DNA of 64,000 nucleotides from Balanoglossus misakiensis (taxonomy: Eukaryota > Animalia > Hemichordata), in NCBI GenBank assembly GCA_040954595.2, contig CM082577.2, positions 15,259,903 through 15,323,902 on the forward strand. The letters run 5' to 3'. The notes beneath the pieces were generated by a model. It saw only the letters and a program-made list of their open reading frames with translations. It did not search any database and was not told where the DNA came from. Below are positions 1 through 11,902 of this stretch, piece after piece (position 1 is the stretch's first letter; every line of letters starts with the position of its first letter). The translations under genes were made by a program, and so were the position numbers.

Positions 1-539
1 ATGTGACTAGTAGACACGTACATGTATGTACAACCTATTACGTAGTAGGGAAGCGGATAAGACATGCCAGAAGGTTCATGCGCAAGTGGGATTGTATTCC
101 ACGCGCCTTTCGCAGACTAGATACATGACATCACGGACAAGATACTTCCCAAATTCGATACATTACGTCATGTACAGGAGGCCATCCGGACCAGCCGCCT
201 TTTGCAAATTCAAAACATGGTGTCATAGGTAACAAATAAAACGATGCACAGAAATACAAAGTATGCATCAAATCATGACGCAAGAGTTTGATTCTTTCGC
301 AATAGTGATGAATTGTAGTCATGGCTAACAGAAGCGCGTTAGTTATTTTACCGACGTCAACGAACGTGACATAAGCACAAAGTAACAAGAATGCCCTGAC
401 CACTCACGATTGTTATTTAAATTAGCGCCATATATGAGGTCACCAGTATAAAACCGAGTAGAATGGCTAAGATAAAGAGAACTGACTGATGCTCTGACAC
501 ATGTATGTGTGTTGAACGCCTGCGTGTACGGTGAGAATA

Positions 540-2258
540 ATGAGTTCTGGTGCCTCTGGTTCCGATTTTGCCTACCTATATCGTCGTGTGATTCAACTTT
601 CTGAACCATCCAACGAAACAATCCCGAATGATGTGGACGATAGTTTTCATGCCAAAGGCACGTACGGCCTCTGCCAATTTCGACCAAGAAGCGGGACCAT
701 CGTCAAACAGAGTCGTGGATTCAAGAGAGACCGGACGAAGTTACATATCAAGAATAATTTTATTACTAATCTGGAGACATCTCTCGCCAAAGAGGCTCTC
801 ATTATGCGATACCTGAACAAAAAAGATGCGACGTCGTACAGATATCTTCCGAAACTGCTATCTTTTCAGATCGTGGCTTACAGACACTCGTCTGGAAACA
901 TAATTCGGATGGTTCCGGAACTGCAAATGGAATTTGCCGGAGTAGACCTGCACAGGTTTTGCATCGTAGATGGCAATCTTGTCAACGTTCAACACTTACT
1001 GAAACAAGCATTAGAAGCGCTGCAGTTTCTCAGTGCGCATGGGGTACTTCATTGCGATATCACGTTGTCGAACATTACTTTCCATCGGGAACTGTCTCGG
1101 TTTAAGTTGATCGACTTCGGGTATGCTGAATTTATTCATGCAGATGTTGTCGATAAAATGGCGTTCACGTCACCGCATTCTGAGATTCCACTTGGTGCGT
1201 CTCGCATGAAGGCGCTACAGACAGGAAATAGTCCATATTCTAAATCGCATTTACCTCGCGGTATCTTGTTGCATTCTCTGGACCCGTGTCCTGAAGAAAA
1301 TACAATCAGTGCATGCACTCAGACGACACCGTTGCCGTACTATGACCCAAGTATTGCTCTGTCAGATGAAATAGAAACAGAATCATATAGCCATGAGAGT
1401 GATTGTTTTTCGTTGGCATGTGCAGCGGTGATGGTAATGGGTCTTCCCATGTACAGAGATAGAGACCTCGCGACAGTCACTTATCATATTCTACAATCTG
1501 TGACATGCCCGGTCCAAGCTCAACGTTGTATCGACCACTTAACGCGTGTCTGTCGCTCAATTAACTTACTTAGAGGGCCACTCGACGACATCGAAATTGC
1601 GTTCTGGAAGTCAATGATAAACAAAGATATACGACTGATACATGAACTGGGATTCAACTATCTGGGACCAAGGCTTCTCGATCGAGTTAATTGGATATAC
1701 GGCGACTATGTAGTTAAAGCCCTGAAATCGATGTTGCACCCTATCAGAAGTTTTAGATCACCTGCGGCTGATACTCTGCTTCTTTTGGATCAAGTGCCAC
1801 ATGTAACTGCTGATTATGACACGGATGTAGATGGCCTATCTCACGCTCGTCAACTCACAGACAGGTATATAGTCCACACAGCCAAGTACACTATCAGTCC
1901 GTCACACGACATCCCAGTTGCATCAATCACTCTGGCAACGCGTGTAGATGGACACCGATTTGTGCCAATATTCACTGATGATCGTCTCGTCGTTAAGTGG
2001 TTCAATATTACATGCCCACGTGTTCACTATAAAAACGTCATAACGAAACTTCTCTGTGGCATATATCGCTCCCATTCCAAAGGAAGCCCGTCGCTTCAGG
2101 TACCTCGTGAGAGACTATTATCTCTCCGATTTGAGGTTTTGCACAAACACGAGCGTGGCTTAATTCACTCGTGTTTTGTGGAAACCTTCGGAGCTATCTA
2201 CGTACAAGACAAAATGATCGTAAATGCAGTGGATATTGACGTCGATTTGACCGAATAG
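540..2258 (+). CDS. Ser/Thr protein kinase, divergent (viral type), with C-terminal extension
   Basis: ORF 531..2258 (first ATG 540). Gly-loop AKGTYG, IVK lysine, catalytic loop HCDITLSNI, DFG, subdomain IX SDCFSLAC. TATA-like TATAAAA at ~448. Confidence 0.85.
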   Translation: MSSGASGSDFAYLYRRVIQLSEPSNETIPNDVDDSFHAKGTYGLCQFRPRSGTIVKQSRGFKRDRTKLHIKNNFITNLETSLAKEALIMRYLNKKDATSYRYLPKLLSFQIVAYRHSSGNIIRMVPELQMEFAGVDLHRFCIVDGNLVNVQHLLKQALEALQFLSAHGVLHCDITLSNITFHRELSRFKLIDFGYAEFIHADVVDKMAFTSPHSEIPLGASRMKALQTGNSPYSKSHLPRGILLHSLDPCPEENTISACTQTTPLPYYDPSIALSDEIETESYSHESDCFSLACAAVMVMGLPMYRDRDLATVTYHILQSVTCPVQAQRCIDHLTRVCRSINLLRGPLDDIEIAFWKSMINKDIRLIHELGFNYLGPRLLDRVNWIYGDYVVKALKSMLHPIRSFRSPAADTLLLLDQVPHVTADYDTDVDGLSHARQLTDRYIVHTAKYTISPSHDIPVASITLATRVDGHRFVPIFTDDRLVVKWFNITCPRVHYKNVITKLLCGIYRSHSKGSPSLQVPRERLLSLRFEVLHKHERGLIHSCFVETFGAIYVQDKMIVNAVDIDVDLTE

Positions 2259-2273
2259 AACTTCGACATTAGG

Positions 2274-3002
2274 ATGGACGGATGCGAATACCGGGTAGTG
2301 CATTCCACCAACAGGCGCGCAGAGATGGTTTTCTTCATGGTTAACATCGTCTCATCTCAAGTGATTGGTCATAGGAAACCTCCTGATGACATGGAGATGT
2401 CGTCTTCGGTACACCTTCGAGGATCTAAACTGCAGCACACAATGTTTGAAGTCGCCAATCCTTTGACACACTCGTCCACAGTACTGAACTTCGCTTCTAC
2501 TGGAGCAACTACTGTTACCGTAAGAGGTAATTACCTACTGAGAACACGAGCCAGTCTGGATTTTGCTTACCATCAGGGACTGGCTTTCAACAAACGAAGA
2601 CTGGTGCTGTTACCGTTCTCTACGAATAACTTAAATTACTCTGGGCGTTTGTACGGGGTGATGAACCCACACCAGGTCAAAGACTGTCTTTGTAACAGCG
2701 AACGGTGTATAGTAGACAAGAACGATCAATTTCCCTCTATAAAATTAACTTTTGAACAAGATGGTTTAACCAGCCAAAAAGTGTGTTTTCAACTATTTGT
2801 CCCAACGATGTCTATTAATACTCAATTTCAAACTTGGGACACGCTTTACGAGAGCAGTCAGAGAATGTTAGATATCATACTCCGTTATGCCGATTTTAAT
2901 CAGGATCTGTGTACTATGTGTGTAAATGCAGAGACGTTAAAAGGCCGCAAACTTTGTAAAAATGAAGTAGATGAGATATACGATAACTTTAGTCGGGCAT
3001 AG
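2274..3002 (+). CDS. Stand-alone TBP-fold protein resembling the viral TBP domain of beta/gamma-herpesvirus ORF24/UL87/BcRF1
   Basis: 242 aa. TBP-like landmarks in order: VNIVSS (cf. TBP NIVST), STVLNFASTG (cf. TALIFSSG), QFPSIKL (cf. LFPGLIY), VCFQLFV (cf. VLLIFV). LLPFSTNNLNYSGRLYGVMNPHQVK parallels KSHV ORF24 IFPVSIANWNSTLDLHGLENQYMVR as recalled. Alignment by eye only. Confidence 0.65.
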   Translation: MDGCEYRVVHSTNRRAEMVFFMVNIVSSQVIGHRKPPDDMEMSSSVHLRGSKLQHTMFEVANPLTHSSTVLNFASTGATTVTVRGNYLLRTRASLDFAYHQGLAFNKRRLVLLPFSTNNLNYSGRLYGVMNPHQVKDCLCNSERCIVDKNDQFPSIKLTFEQDGLTSQKVCFQLFVPTMSINTQFQTWDTLYESSQRMLDIILRYADFNQDLCTMCVNAETLKGRKLCKNEVDEIYDNFSRA

Positions 3003-4043
3003 GTTATTTCACAGCTACCTTACAGTACAATAGCGTAATTTGCGTTGTTTGCATAAAGCAAGTAATCGTATAACAAAATGGAAGTTATAACAAACACGCG
3101 TTAATGCTTTATATTGACGACAGTGTTGTAATTATTGTTACTACCATGTTTTAATTATTGGAGTTATCAGGTATTTCCAATACATGCCTCATTGAAGCCG
3201 AAAAATAAGATATTAAATGCATGTTTTAAATAGAATCTGTACGTTCTCCTTATCATGCGTTATGTCTGGGGCGCGTAAATGGATCACATCTGTACCGAGA
3301 TAAGTATCTGACGTGAGCAATGTGAAGAATCGTTGAATATGTTATTTCGAACGTTTCAAGAAAATGCATGACACCTTGTGGCGATGCGAGTTTGTTCAAA
3401 TGCGTAAATGTTACTTTTATGAAATTGTAGTATTAAAAACAAACTATTTGAGAAATATAGTTTTCTATGTCGTCAATTGTGGTGTGTGTGTGTGCGAGTG
3501 CGCATGTGTTATTTAGATCACGAAAAAAAATGAGCAGGGAAAACCAATATCCTATAGATCGACTCATAAGTCCACCGCGAGTAGGTTCAGGAACGCACGG
3601 ATTTCCGCAATAACACGCTTTGATCAGTAGCCATGAAATGTAAACAGGCGATATCGTGGCCTATAATAATTAGTGACGCATGCCAGAGTGCGAACGCGGC
3701 ACTTCCGATCGCATTATTACGGTGGGAAAAAAACTAAAGTAATTATTGACTGGGCGCACAAAAGCCCGAGTGACTCGTATCGAATATAATGTTAACGAAG
3801 GCCAGAGAGAATGAAAATCTTGTTTCAGGAGCGGCGAGCGAATATTTTTTTTTTTTAGGCTGAAGGCAAATCCTGTTCTCTGGCATATTTGCACAGATGC
3901 AGACAAGGCGATATAGTTGTTTCCCTTTTTACCAGAAATATCTCAGACAAAAACACTGATACATGTACTTGTAACTGAATGCATAGGCCGCTGGTCTTTG
4001 CACAACATATGTTGTAATGCGGAAGTAGAATTTGCCGAGATCC

Positions 4044-4075
<32 letters not shown>

Positions 4076-4402
4076 AAATCAGCCAAAGTAGAAGTGGCGA
4101 TTCCGATGAACAATTTCTTTTTTCTTTAACAGAAACCATAAAATGCGACGCACATACAGGGTGATGTGTCCCCTGTACAACCGAAGTAAGGACCATTCTA
4201 CAGGGAGGGGTGGGCAGCATTAATTCAAGTGTGCAGTCCGCGAAAATAAGTCAGAGCACTTTTAATCGAGTATAGGCTTAGTACCACAGACTTATGCCTT
4301 TTGCAACGGGAACACTAAATTCGGAAATAATCCCAAAGTACATGATTCTTTAGAATTGAATCCAAACTCAGATCGTTCGCCTCATAGATTAATTCAATCG
4401 TC

Positions 4403-4696
4403 TATTCTTTACTATCAATCACGTGACCTTGCAATGTGTCCCATGGCGCAGTCGTTTCCGGATGACGGGCAAGCAATATTTCGGCATCCAGTAAAAGTTT
4501 TTCCGAGTATGTTTTTACTTTAGAACCGCCGAACACGTAACATGTATCAGATATGGTGCCTCATTGCATTTCGTCTGCACAGTTTTTGTCTGCACCCCGT
4601 AAGTCCACGTTGCTGAATTTGCCCGTCATCTGGAAATTTGAAAGCGCACGTAACTGCCGCCTGAGCGCGTCTGACGTCATTTGATATCGAAGAATA
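4403..4696. mobile_element. ~290-bp dispersed repeat/MITE with imperfect TIRs, copy 1
   Basis: Ends TATTCTTTACTATCAA...TTGATATCGAAGAATA are imperfectly inverted; near-identical second copy at 10004-10303. Confidence 0.7.
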
Positions 4697-4884
4697 CACA
4701 TGCCTTGGTAATCCCCTACTGCCTAATTATTGTGGACACCCACGTCCACAAACGAAAACATCTGATTAACGCGCCTGGGCGCGTATGCTGTAAATAAAGT
4801 TCGAAGACAAGCTCTGGCACAGTATAGTGAAATTTAGACTCGTGTCTAAACCACCGTGCCGGAGTTTTACAGTCAGAAGTTGAA

Positions 4885-5810
4885 ATGTCTCACAAACGTG
4901 TTTCCAAGCAGTTCCATCGCCTGCTGAAAAATATCGCAAGTTTAAGCGACGGACAAGCCAAAGTGGTCGAATTTTCAGACTCGATGGACGATATCGCCAT
5001 CAGGATATGTCCCAACGACGGGCTTTACAAAGACGCCGAGTTTATTTTCAGGGTACGTCTCGTACATTGAGGTGGGCGTGCGCTTTTCATGGAGTGTGTA
5101 GAATTTATGTTCCATTTCAGAACCGGCAGTCGTTTTCTTCTCAAATTTCCCTACCACTTTTAGAGTTTATCGAATCATCTAGAAACATGGTGTAGGCATA
5201 AAACAACTAGAAATTTGTATCGACAATTTGCTTCGCTTACAAAAAAAAAACCGAAAAGACTCCTTATTTTAACGCAATAAAATTAAATTGAAGTACCATG
5301 ATGTTCGCCACGGCCATTGTTAATGTGTTCTAAGAAATGAGGTCACGATTTTCAACGTAAAATCTACATTCCTCTATCAATGCCGGACTTAACCTAGTTT
5401 CTTTGCTGGTTCATTTACAGATCGAACTCGATGACAGATACCCTCGAGTTGCACCAACTGTTTCTTGTGAAACTCCAATATATCACCCTAATATAAATGC
5501 TTACGACGGGAATCTGTACGACAACGTCTGCGTGAGCGTTCTCTCCGACTGGACCCCGGATGTGGACCTGGAGAGCCTCGCCCAAGCGATACTTTTCCTG
5601 TTCTACCAGCCGAACCTGAGCGACCCGCTGTCTGAGATGTTCACGGACTCTCAGACCGTGGGCGAGTACGAAGCCAAAGTGGAGAGGTCGCTGAGGGGAG
5701 AGCTGGTGGATGGGGTTGTTTTCCAGAAAAACTGTAGCGGTGTTGCAGGGGGCGCGAACGACAACCGAGAGAGCGTCCCGTCCGCGCGAGGAGAACAGAA
5801 GCCACGATGA
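4885..5810 (+). CDS. Ubiquitin-like conjugating enzyme E2, closest in motif to NEDD8 E2 Ubc12/UBE2M; two exons (4885-5052, 5421-5810), 185 aa
   Basis: Donor AGG|GTACGT at 5053, acceptor TTTACAG|ATC at 5420, phase 0, in frame. YP..AP, HPNI, catalytic NVCVSVL, DWTP; LFLFYQPNLSDPL and VERSLRG resemble Ubc12 YLFLEPNPEDPLN and VQRSMRG. Confidence 0.85.
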
Positions 5811-6371
5811 TGACGGACAAGTGAAAATGGCCCCCTGTCTCCCGCGGATGGGTGAAGCTAAACTAGAAAGTGGACACACTGAAATATTTCAACGTACAAA
5901 CCAACAGTAGCTGTGCGTAGTTAAACACAGTCATTCTTTTGCATTATGTTTTCCGATCAGATAAATGATGTCTAAATATATCAGAAGGAGTCAGAGTATG
6001 ACACGTCATGAATTCTCGTACAAATTCATACATGTATACATGCATGCATGTGGCGGTCTGCCGGATGACATGTCACAAGCAGTGGGGGCAACCCTTTTAT
6101 CCTTCGCTTGTTAGTACCTTACAACTCATGGGTCAGTCAATTATGCCAGATATGCAAGAATTTATCCACGCTATTACAAACGCATGTATATAACAGGTGG
6201 TCATCCCTGACCGAAGTCATTGGACAAGGGTTGTATGCCTAGACATATGTCTGCATTCGCGCATTATACTTCCTACTGAAAGAACTGCCAATACGCGGGG
6301 CACAAGCACTGCATAGCCATAACTGTATCGACAGGACCGGATTCACACCTTGAACATTATCAACGAGAAAC

Positions 6372-7628
6372 ATGTGTTCAATAAGAGAGATTATGGATAT
6401 CATGACCAATACAGTGGATGTGGTGTTTGATAAGGATAACCAAAAGTACACAGTTCCGCTTAGCTGGATCACAAACTATATACCAATGTTAGCGGCGATG
6501 ACGTCGTGGCAAAACAGCTATGACCTTGATTTGACGTCCACAAACCCGCGGATTCTCCGACTTAGCCCCGTACTGTATTATGGCGAACTTACAGCCGACT
6601 TATTAGAGCATTTTATTGAATTTTCCTGCGCACGATATTACGGTATTGACCACTTCACACGCATTGAGTTAAAGCATTTCCCATGGAATAAGTTGGCCAA
6701 TCTTGTGGCCTTGGCTGACTACTGGTGCGTACCAAACTACAACGTTAAACTTGCGCGCTTCATTCGTTTTGTCGCATCGTCGCCACGTATAGACGATGTA
6801 CTATCTGGAGCAGGTTTATTGACAGAGTGGTATGTAAATTTGGCAAGAGCCTATCACGAATTAGCCCATTGGTTTCCGGACAATTTAGGAGGTGTGTCTA
6901 CGGTTCGAGAGGCCATTGCAGTTACATTGTTCAATGGACAATATAACAAAACTGTATGTACCTGTCAGAAATACGTTGAAAACGGATGCATAGAACGTAC
7001 ATTACACGGGAGCTATGACGGTAGAATACGCCGCCTCATGAAATATTGGACGGAGATAAGAGGCTGCAACATGGTGTCCATCATCGCTTCAGCTGGATGG
7101 ACTTCGAGCACTATTTTGAGTGTATGTAGTGACATAGACGCCGGTATCAAGGATCAGTACAACAGATGGTTCGTGTTCCTTGTGCATTTCTGGTTTGCCA
7201 GATATACTGTGGAACGTGATTGCTGTCTGTATGTCGCCCAGTGTGCGGCTATCAACAAAAGGGATGGCTTGGACAGACGCATTTTCCTTCTGTCCTCTTT
7301 ATTTTATTATTCTAAATTAAATAACAGCGAAACAAATTTGGCCATAGGGAAGTTGCAAGAACACAAGAGTCTCATGGAAAACTACGTGCAAAGTATTGGA
7401 AAGCAACTGTGTTGCATTAACTGCGACATTATGTACGGTGACGACGCCACACGTTGTGAAACCTGTGGGGGTGTGGCATGTGCAGACTGCATAAATCGAT
7501 GTATGATCTGCAGGGCTTTTAAGTGCCATCGATGTTCTCAATTTATAAGACGACGATCACGTCTGCAGCGAACCTACGTGGCAGGCATGACATGTTTCGC
7601 GTGCTTTTATTACTATATGTATCAATGA
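6372..7628 (+). CDS. BTB/POZ-like N-terminus with Cys-rich (multiple CxxC) C-terminal zinc-binding region
   Basis: 418 aa; DVVF...YIPML, LLEHFIEF, NLVALADYWCVP fit the BTB pattern; C-terminal CINC/CETC/CADC/CMIC/CHRC/CFAC. Confidence 0.6.
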   Translation: MCSIREIMDIMTNTVDVVFDKDNQKYTVPLSWITNYIPMLAAMTSWQNSYDLDLTSTNPRILRLSPVLYYGELTADLLEHFIEFSCARYYGIDHFTRIELKHFPWNKLANLVALADYWCVPNYNVKLARFIRFVASSPRIDDVLSGAGLLTEWYVNLARAYHELAHWFPDNLGGVSTVREAIAVTLFNGQYNKTVCTCQKYVENGCIERTLHGSYDGRIRRLMKYWTEIRGCNMVSIIASAGWTSSTILSVCSDIDAGIKDQYNRWFVFLVHFWFARYTVERDCCLYVAQCAAINKRDGLDRRIFLLSSLFYYSKLNNSETNLAIGKLQEHKSLMENYVQSIGKQLCCINCDIMYGDDATRCETCGGVACADCINRCMICRAFKCHRCSQFIRRRSRLQRTYVAGMTCFACFYYYMYQ

Positions 7629-9599
7629 CATATTTAAAATAGTTAATTGTAGGATACTTTTAAAAGGTTTACAAAGAAAACGCATCACTGTACACCTAAT
7701 TATTGTATCACATTCTTTATTAAAAAAATGGTATACGAAACAATTTTGTATTGTGTGGATAGTTTTTTTTAAGCATAAACATAGCACGCCGTTACAAAAC
7801 CTACATAACATGTATATTTGTCTCACATTGCTCAAGTTCATTAATGTTCGCCTGGTAATTCTAATAAGTCTATAGCAAGTGAATGACCAGTTGTACCACC
7901 AGTGACTGAAGCTATACAAAAGAAATAGTTTTCCTCGTCGGTGTTCCGTTGTTTACACTTTAACCTGAATTCACATTCGTCGGTACATTCGTCATTACAG
8001 ACGTTAATTTCCTGAAAATAAATATAAAATATTCAGTTAATCATTTCAACAATACTGTAGCGTTTTCGCCGGTTCGATCATGGGTTTCTTTTCGGGACAA
8101 ACAAACTGTCTCAGACGCCGTCGACACTGGCTCATAAGGAAAACAACTTACGTCCTTAATGATCACGTTCAAACGGAGGGAAGCTGTGGATGCATCTGAA
8201 ACGGTTTTCTTGCGGTAGTGCACGGTCTGATTTACACTACCCACATTTTCCCATTTCGCACGTGCCATCACCCAGGCGCTGTTGCGTCATGTGCTGCAAC
8301 GCCTAACAAATCTTTCCTAGTGTGTGATAATAAAGAGATGTGTGCAATACACGCTTTCTGCATCCCAGCACACAAAATTGCACAACAATTAATCGATTAT
8401 ACCAATGGCACACTTAGTCTCAGTTACATACAGATAAATTAATGTACCTTGCAATTGCTGCTTCCCACAAATTCCCATGGTTCATCAATGTCTCTTATCT
8501 CAATTTTCAGGATCTTATCTTGATCATGGAGAAAGTACGGCAGGCGATCGTCCCATGGAACGGAATCCTGTGAAGTAACAACAAGACAAAGGGCTTGAAG
8601 ACCGACCTTCCGCCCCTCTCGCCACGGCGTTGTCGTATTTTATTATTTTTTCTACAGATTTTAATGTGTGTGTTCTTGTTTTTTACTTCTCTTGCTGTTT
8701 TTTTTTTTATGGGCTACAAGCCTGAAATAAAGATTATTATTATTAAGCGTATCACAGTACATTATGCGCAACTACTTTGAACAATCATACAGGTGCCAAC
8801 GTCGTTGGGTCATATATACTGTTATATGTGAATAACCATGGATAAAGTCAGACTAATTTTGTTCTCTGTTTGTCTTACTTGAATATTTGTTTATGCGGCA
8901 TCTGTACCAACAACAAAAATAGGCTCAACGTGCGTGATTGCTGTTTAAATTGCGCGTCCATCTTCTTATCTGGCTTAACGGTAATCTCAAAGCGATGTCG
9001 TTAGTTCACACTTACCAGTCTATGCCTATCAGTGTACCAAGTCCCTATGCGAATCTTAACATAATCTTCGCCTTCATAATCACATTTGAAACCAATCCTG
9101 ATAAGTTTCCCGACATCGCCGAAGTCAAAGGCACTGGTAAGTGTCCCGGGGACCGGTGGTTTAGATGTAGACATCCTTTCTCTGATCGCCTTGTTAATGC
9201 CAATTGTATGCGGCAAAACACACGGATACAGGGTATGAGATACACTTTTACACAATTTGTAATTGATGCAACTGCGAGTAAAAGGAGTCCGTTGAAGTGC
9301 TTAAAGATGCTGACGGTGTAACATTTTATCCACGCGTATTTATAGTATTCAGTATAACATAACGTGTAGATGGCGTCCACGAGTGATTTCACTTCATGAA
9401 TGCACGCGTTCGTTTATTCCGAGACACGACCAAACATATGACATTGCTCTAAGACAGTCAACAACTGTTTATATATTTGTGGGCACATAAGGGGCATTGC
9501 GATTCATATTTTGGTCCTTCTCCGAGAAGCACGGTACAACGTTGACCATCTCCAGCAAAGGGTCTAGTTTCGTTCCTCTACCCACACACCAGCGCGACA

Positions 9600-11216
9600 A
9601 TGCCCCGGTCGTTTTTAGTGAAGAATTCCATCAAGAAAGCGGCGAACGGCAAGAGCGCATTCCCGGCAAGGGTTCCGACAACAGGTGATCACGGGCTGCA
9701 AGCGAGCCCGGTCGCGCGGCCAACTTTGAAAGATGAATTCGAACACTTTGAACGCTGCGAAAATCCAGATGTTCTCGCCATGAGAGATGAGAATTTGTAC
9801 AAGAATATGTACAGCGTCGTAATGTCAGATGGGCCCTGCATTGATGTGCGGAAGTGGCCCGGCGAGATCTCCACCTATACCGTCCAATCACCGCCGCCAA
9901 ATGGTGAGGATTCCCCCTGATTAATTCCTATGTTACCTGTATGTATTTTGTGGCTATATGTCGTCTGAGTTTTGAAAAAAGGCGAGTAGAAAAGCGGAGT
10001 GTTTATTCTTTACTATCAATCACGTGATCTGGCAATGTGTCCCATGGCGCAGTCATTTCCAGATGACGGGCAAGCAATATTTCGGCATCCAGTAAAAGTT
10101 TTCCCGAGTATATTTTTACTTTAGAACCGCCAAACACATAACATGTATCGGGTATGTTGCCTCATCAGCCTCATTGCATTTCGTCTGCACAGTCTTTGTC
10201 TGCACCACGTAAGTCCACGTTGCTGAAGTTGCCCGTCATCTGGAAATTTGAATGCGAACGCAACTGCCACCTGAGCGCGTCTGACGTCATTTGATAGCGA
10301 AGATTTGACAAGTGCAGTGTCGCCAATGTGTGGTGATGGATTGAATGAACCATTCTACTTTTGTTTTTGTGTTGTGCTGTGCGCTTGAGTTCTTTGTGTT
10401 TACGAAAGTACGTCTTTTTCCAGGTTTCAACAAAGCAATGATTGAACTCCTGAAGGCCAGTAAACTGAGCATTACCGATTTGTACAGGGCCTTGACTACG
10501 GAACGGCTGTACTGGTCAACTAACGTCGATAACCGGGCCCACGTCCTTCTGCGTCAAATGCGAGAAGGTTTTCAACACGCCGCACGGCCTAGAATTACGT
10601 GTGAAGTGTGCAACAAATCCTTCGGACATGCCGTTAGTTTGAGTCAACACATGGCCGTCCACACACAGGAACGAAACTTCCAGTGCAAACAGTGCGGGAA
10701 AAGTTTCAAGCGATCGTCAACGCTCTCCAGGCATCTGCTCATTCACTCGGACACCCGGCCCTACCCGTGCCAGTACTGCGGAAAGCGATTCCACCAGAAA
10801 TCTGACATGAAGAGGCACACTTACATTCACACAGGTCATTATTGTCTGTTAATATGGGCTTTGTTAGTGGGTGTCTAACCCTCGACAGGGCTGGTGTATA
10901 CACAATTAAATCCACTCCCATGTAATTGTCAATTACATCAGAAAACAAAGGGGGCTCTTTACCCCGTGGTGTATGGAAAGCTGACGTGCTAACTGCGGTC
11001 GCTTTTCGTGTCATTCAATTTCCAGGCGAAAAACCGTACAAGTGTCTGAAATGTGGCAAGGCGTTCATCCAGTCGACCCATTTCATCACGCACAGCCGCA
11101 AGCACACGGGCTACAAGCCGTTCTCCTGCCAGATCTGCACCAAATCCTTCCAGAGAAAAGTGGACATGAGACGCCACCTCAAAACGCAGCACGCCACCAG
11201 CTCTGAGCGGCAATAA
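9600..11216 (+). CDS. GFI1: Gfi1/Senseless-family SNAG + C2H2 repressor; three exons (9600-9903, 10424-10834, 11026-11216), 301 aa, five intact fingers
   Basis: N-terminal [12 protein letters not shown]; fingers [54 protein letters not shown] match Gfi1 ZF2-6. Both introns GT-AG, phase 1; exon total 906 nt. Confidence 0.9.
10004..10303. mobile_element. ~300-bp dispersed repeat/MITE, copy 2, in Gfi1 intron 1
   Basis: Same orientation and near-identical to 4403-4696. Confidence 0.7.
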
Positions 11217-11902
11217 GGGACGGTGGGCTGTGAAAAATGAAACGGACAATCTCCAACTACGCACACACACACACAATGACTGCATGCATGCACATTAGTC
11301 CTGACACATTATTCAAATATTGTAACCGTTGTGATAGCGTCAATATTTTTTGTAATATCGCATTCCGAAAATATAGAGATGAAACCAGAGTTGCGAGTTG
11401 CATCATTTGAAAGTCCGTATTTCAGTGCCCTAAATGATCCCTGTTGGGAATCGTGTGAGGTTCAAGGCAGGTTTCGCCTACCAACTCCTCTGGGAATCAG
11501 AGTTAAGCCCATACACGTGTAGTTTATTGGGAATGGGTATTGTTTATCTTTCTTCTCTGCAAAGTCACAGCTTCACAATAAGCCTAAGTCCAATGTCAGG
11601 TGTGAACAAATGCCAAAGTTCACCGACACGTATATATAGCTTGACTGAATGTACAATAAACAGACTTGAACTTGGTAACCACAACTCGCGCATCGAGTCT
11701 CACTTTCCCGGCCATTCGTCCCTCTCCACTCCCTGAACCCTTTCTCAAAGTGTACGCCGTACAATCCCAGTTAATGATATGGTTTAAGCCGGTTTAAGAC
11801 ACAATTACATATTAGTCAGGTGATATATATAAGTTACAAGTAATTAGTTCTCATTTCGCGTCACTTTCAACACGTCCAGACCTCGCGCGACATTGAACGT
11901 AC

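Noticed and set aside
3855-4220. ORFs with poly-Phe/poly-Lys
   Set aside because: Artefacts of the poly-A tract at ~4044-4071.
8938-9321. Helitron Rep-like words (RVHLLIWL, FIITFETNP)
   Set aside because: The motif order is reversed relative to Helitron Rep and there is no further similarity.
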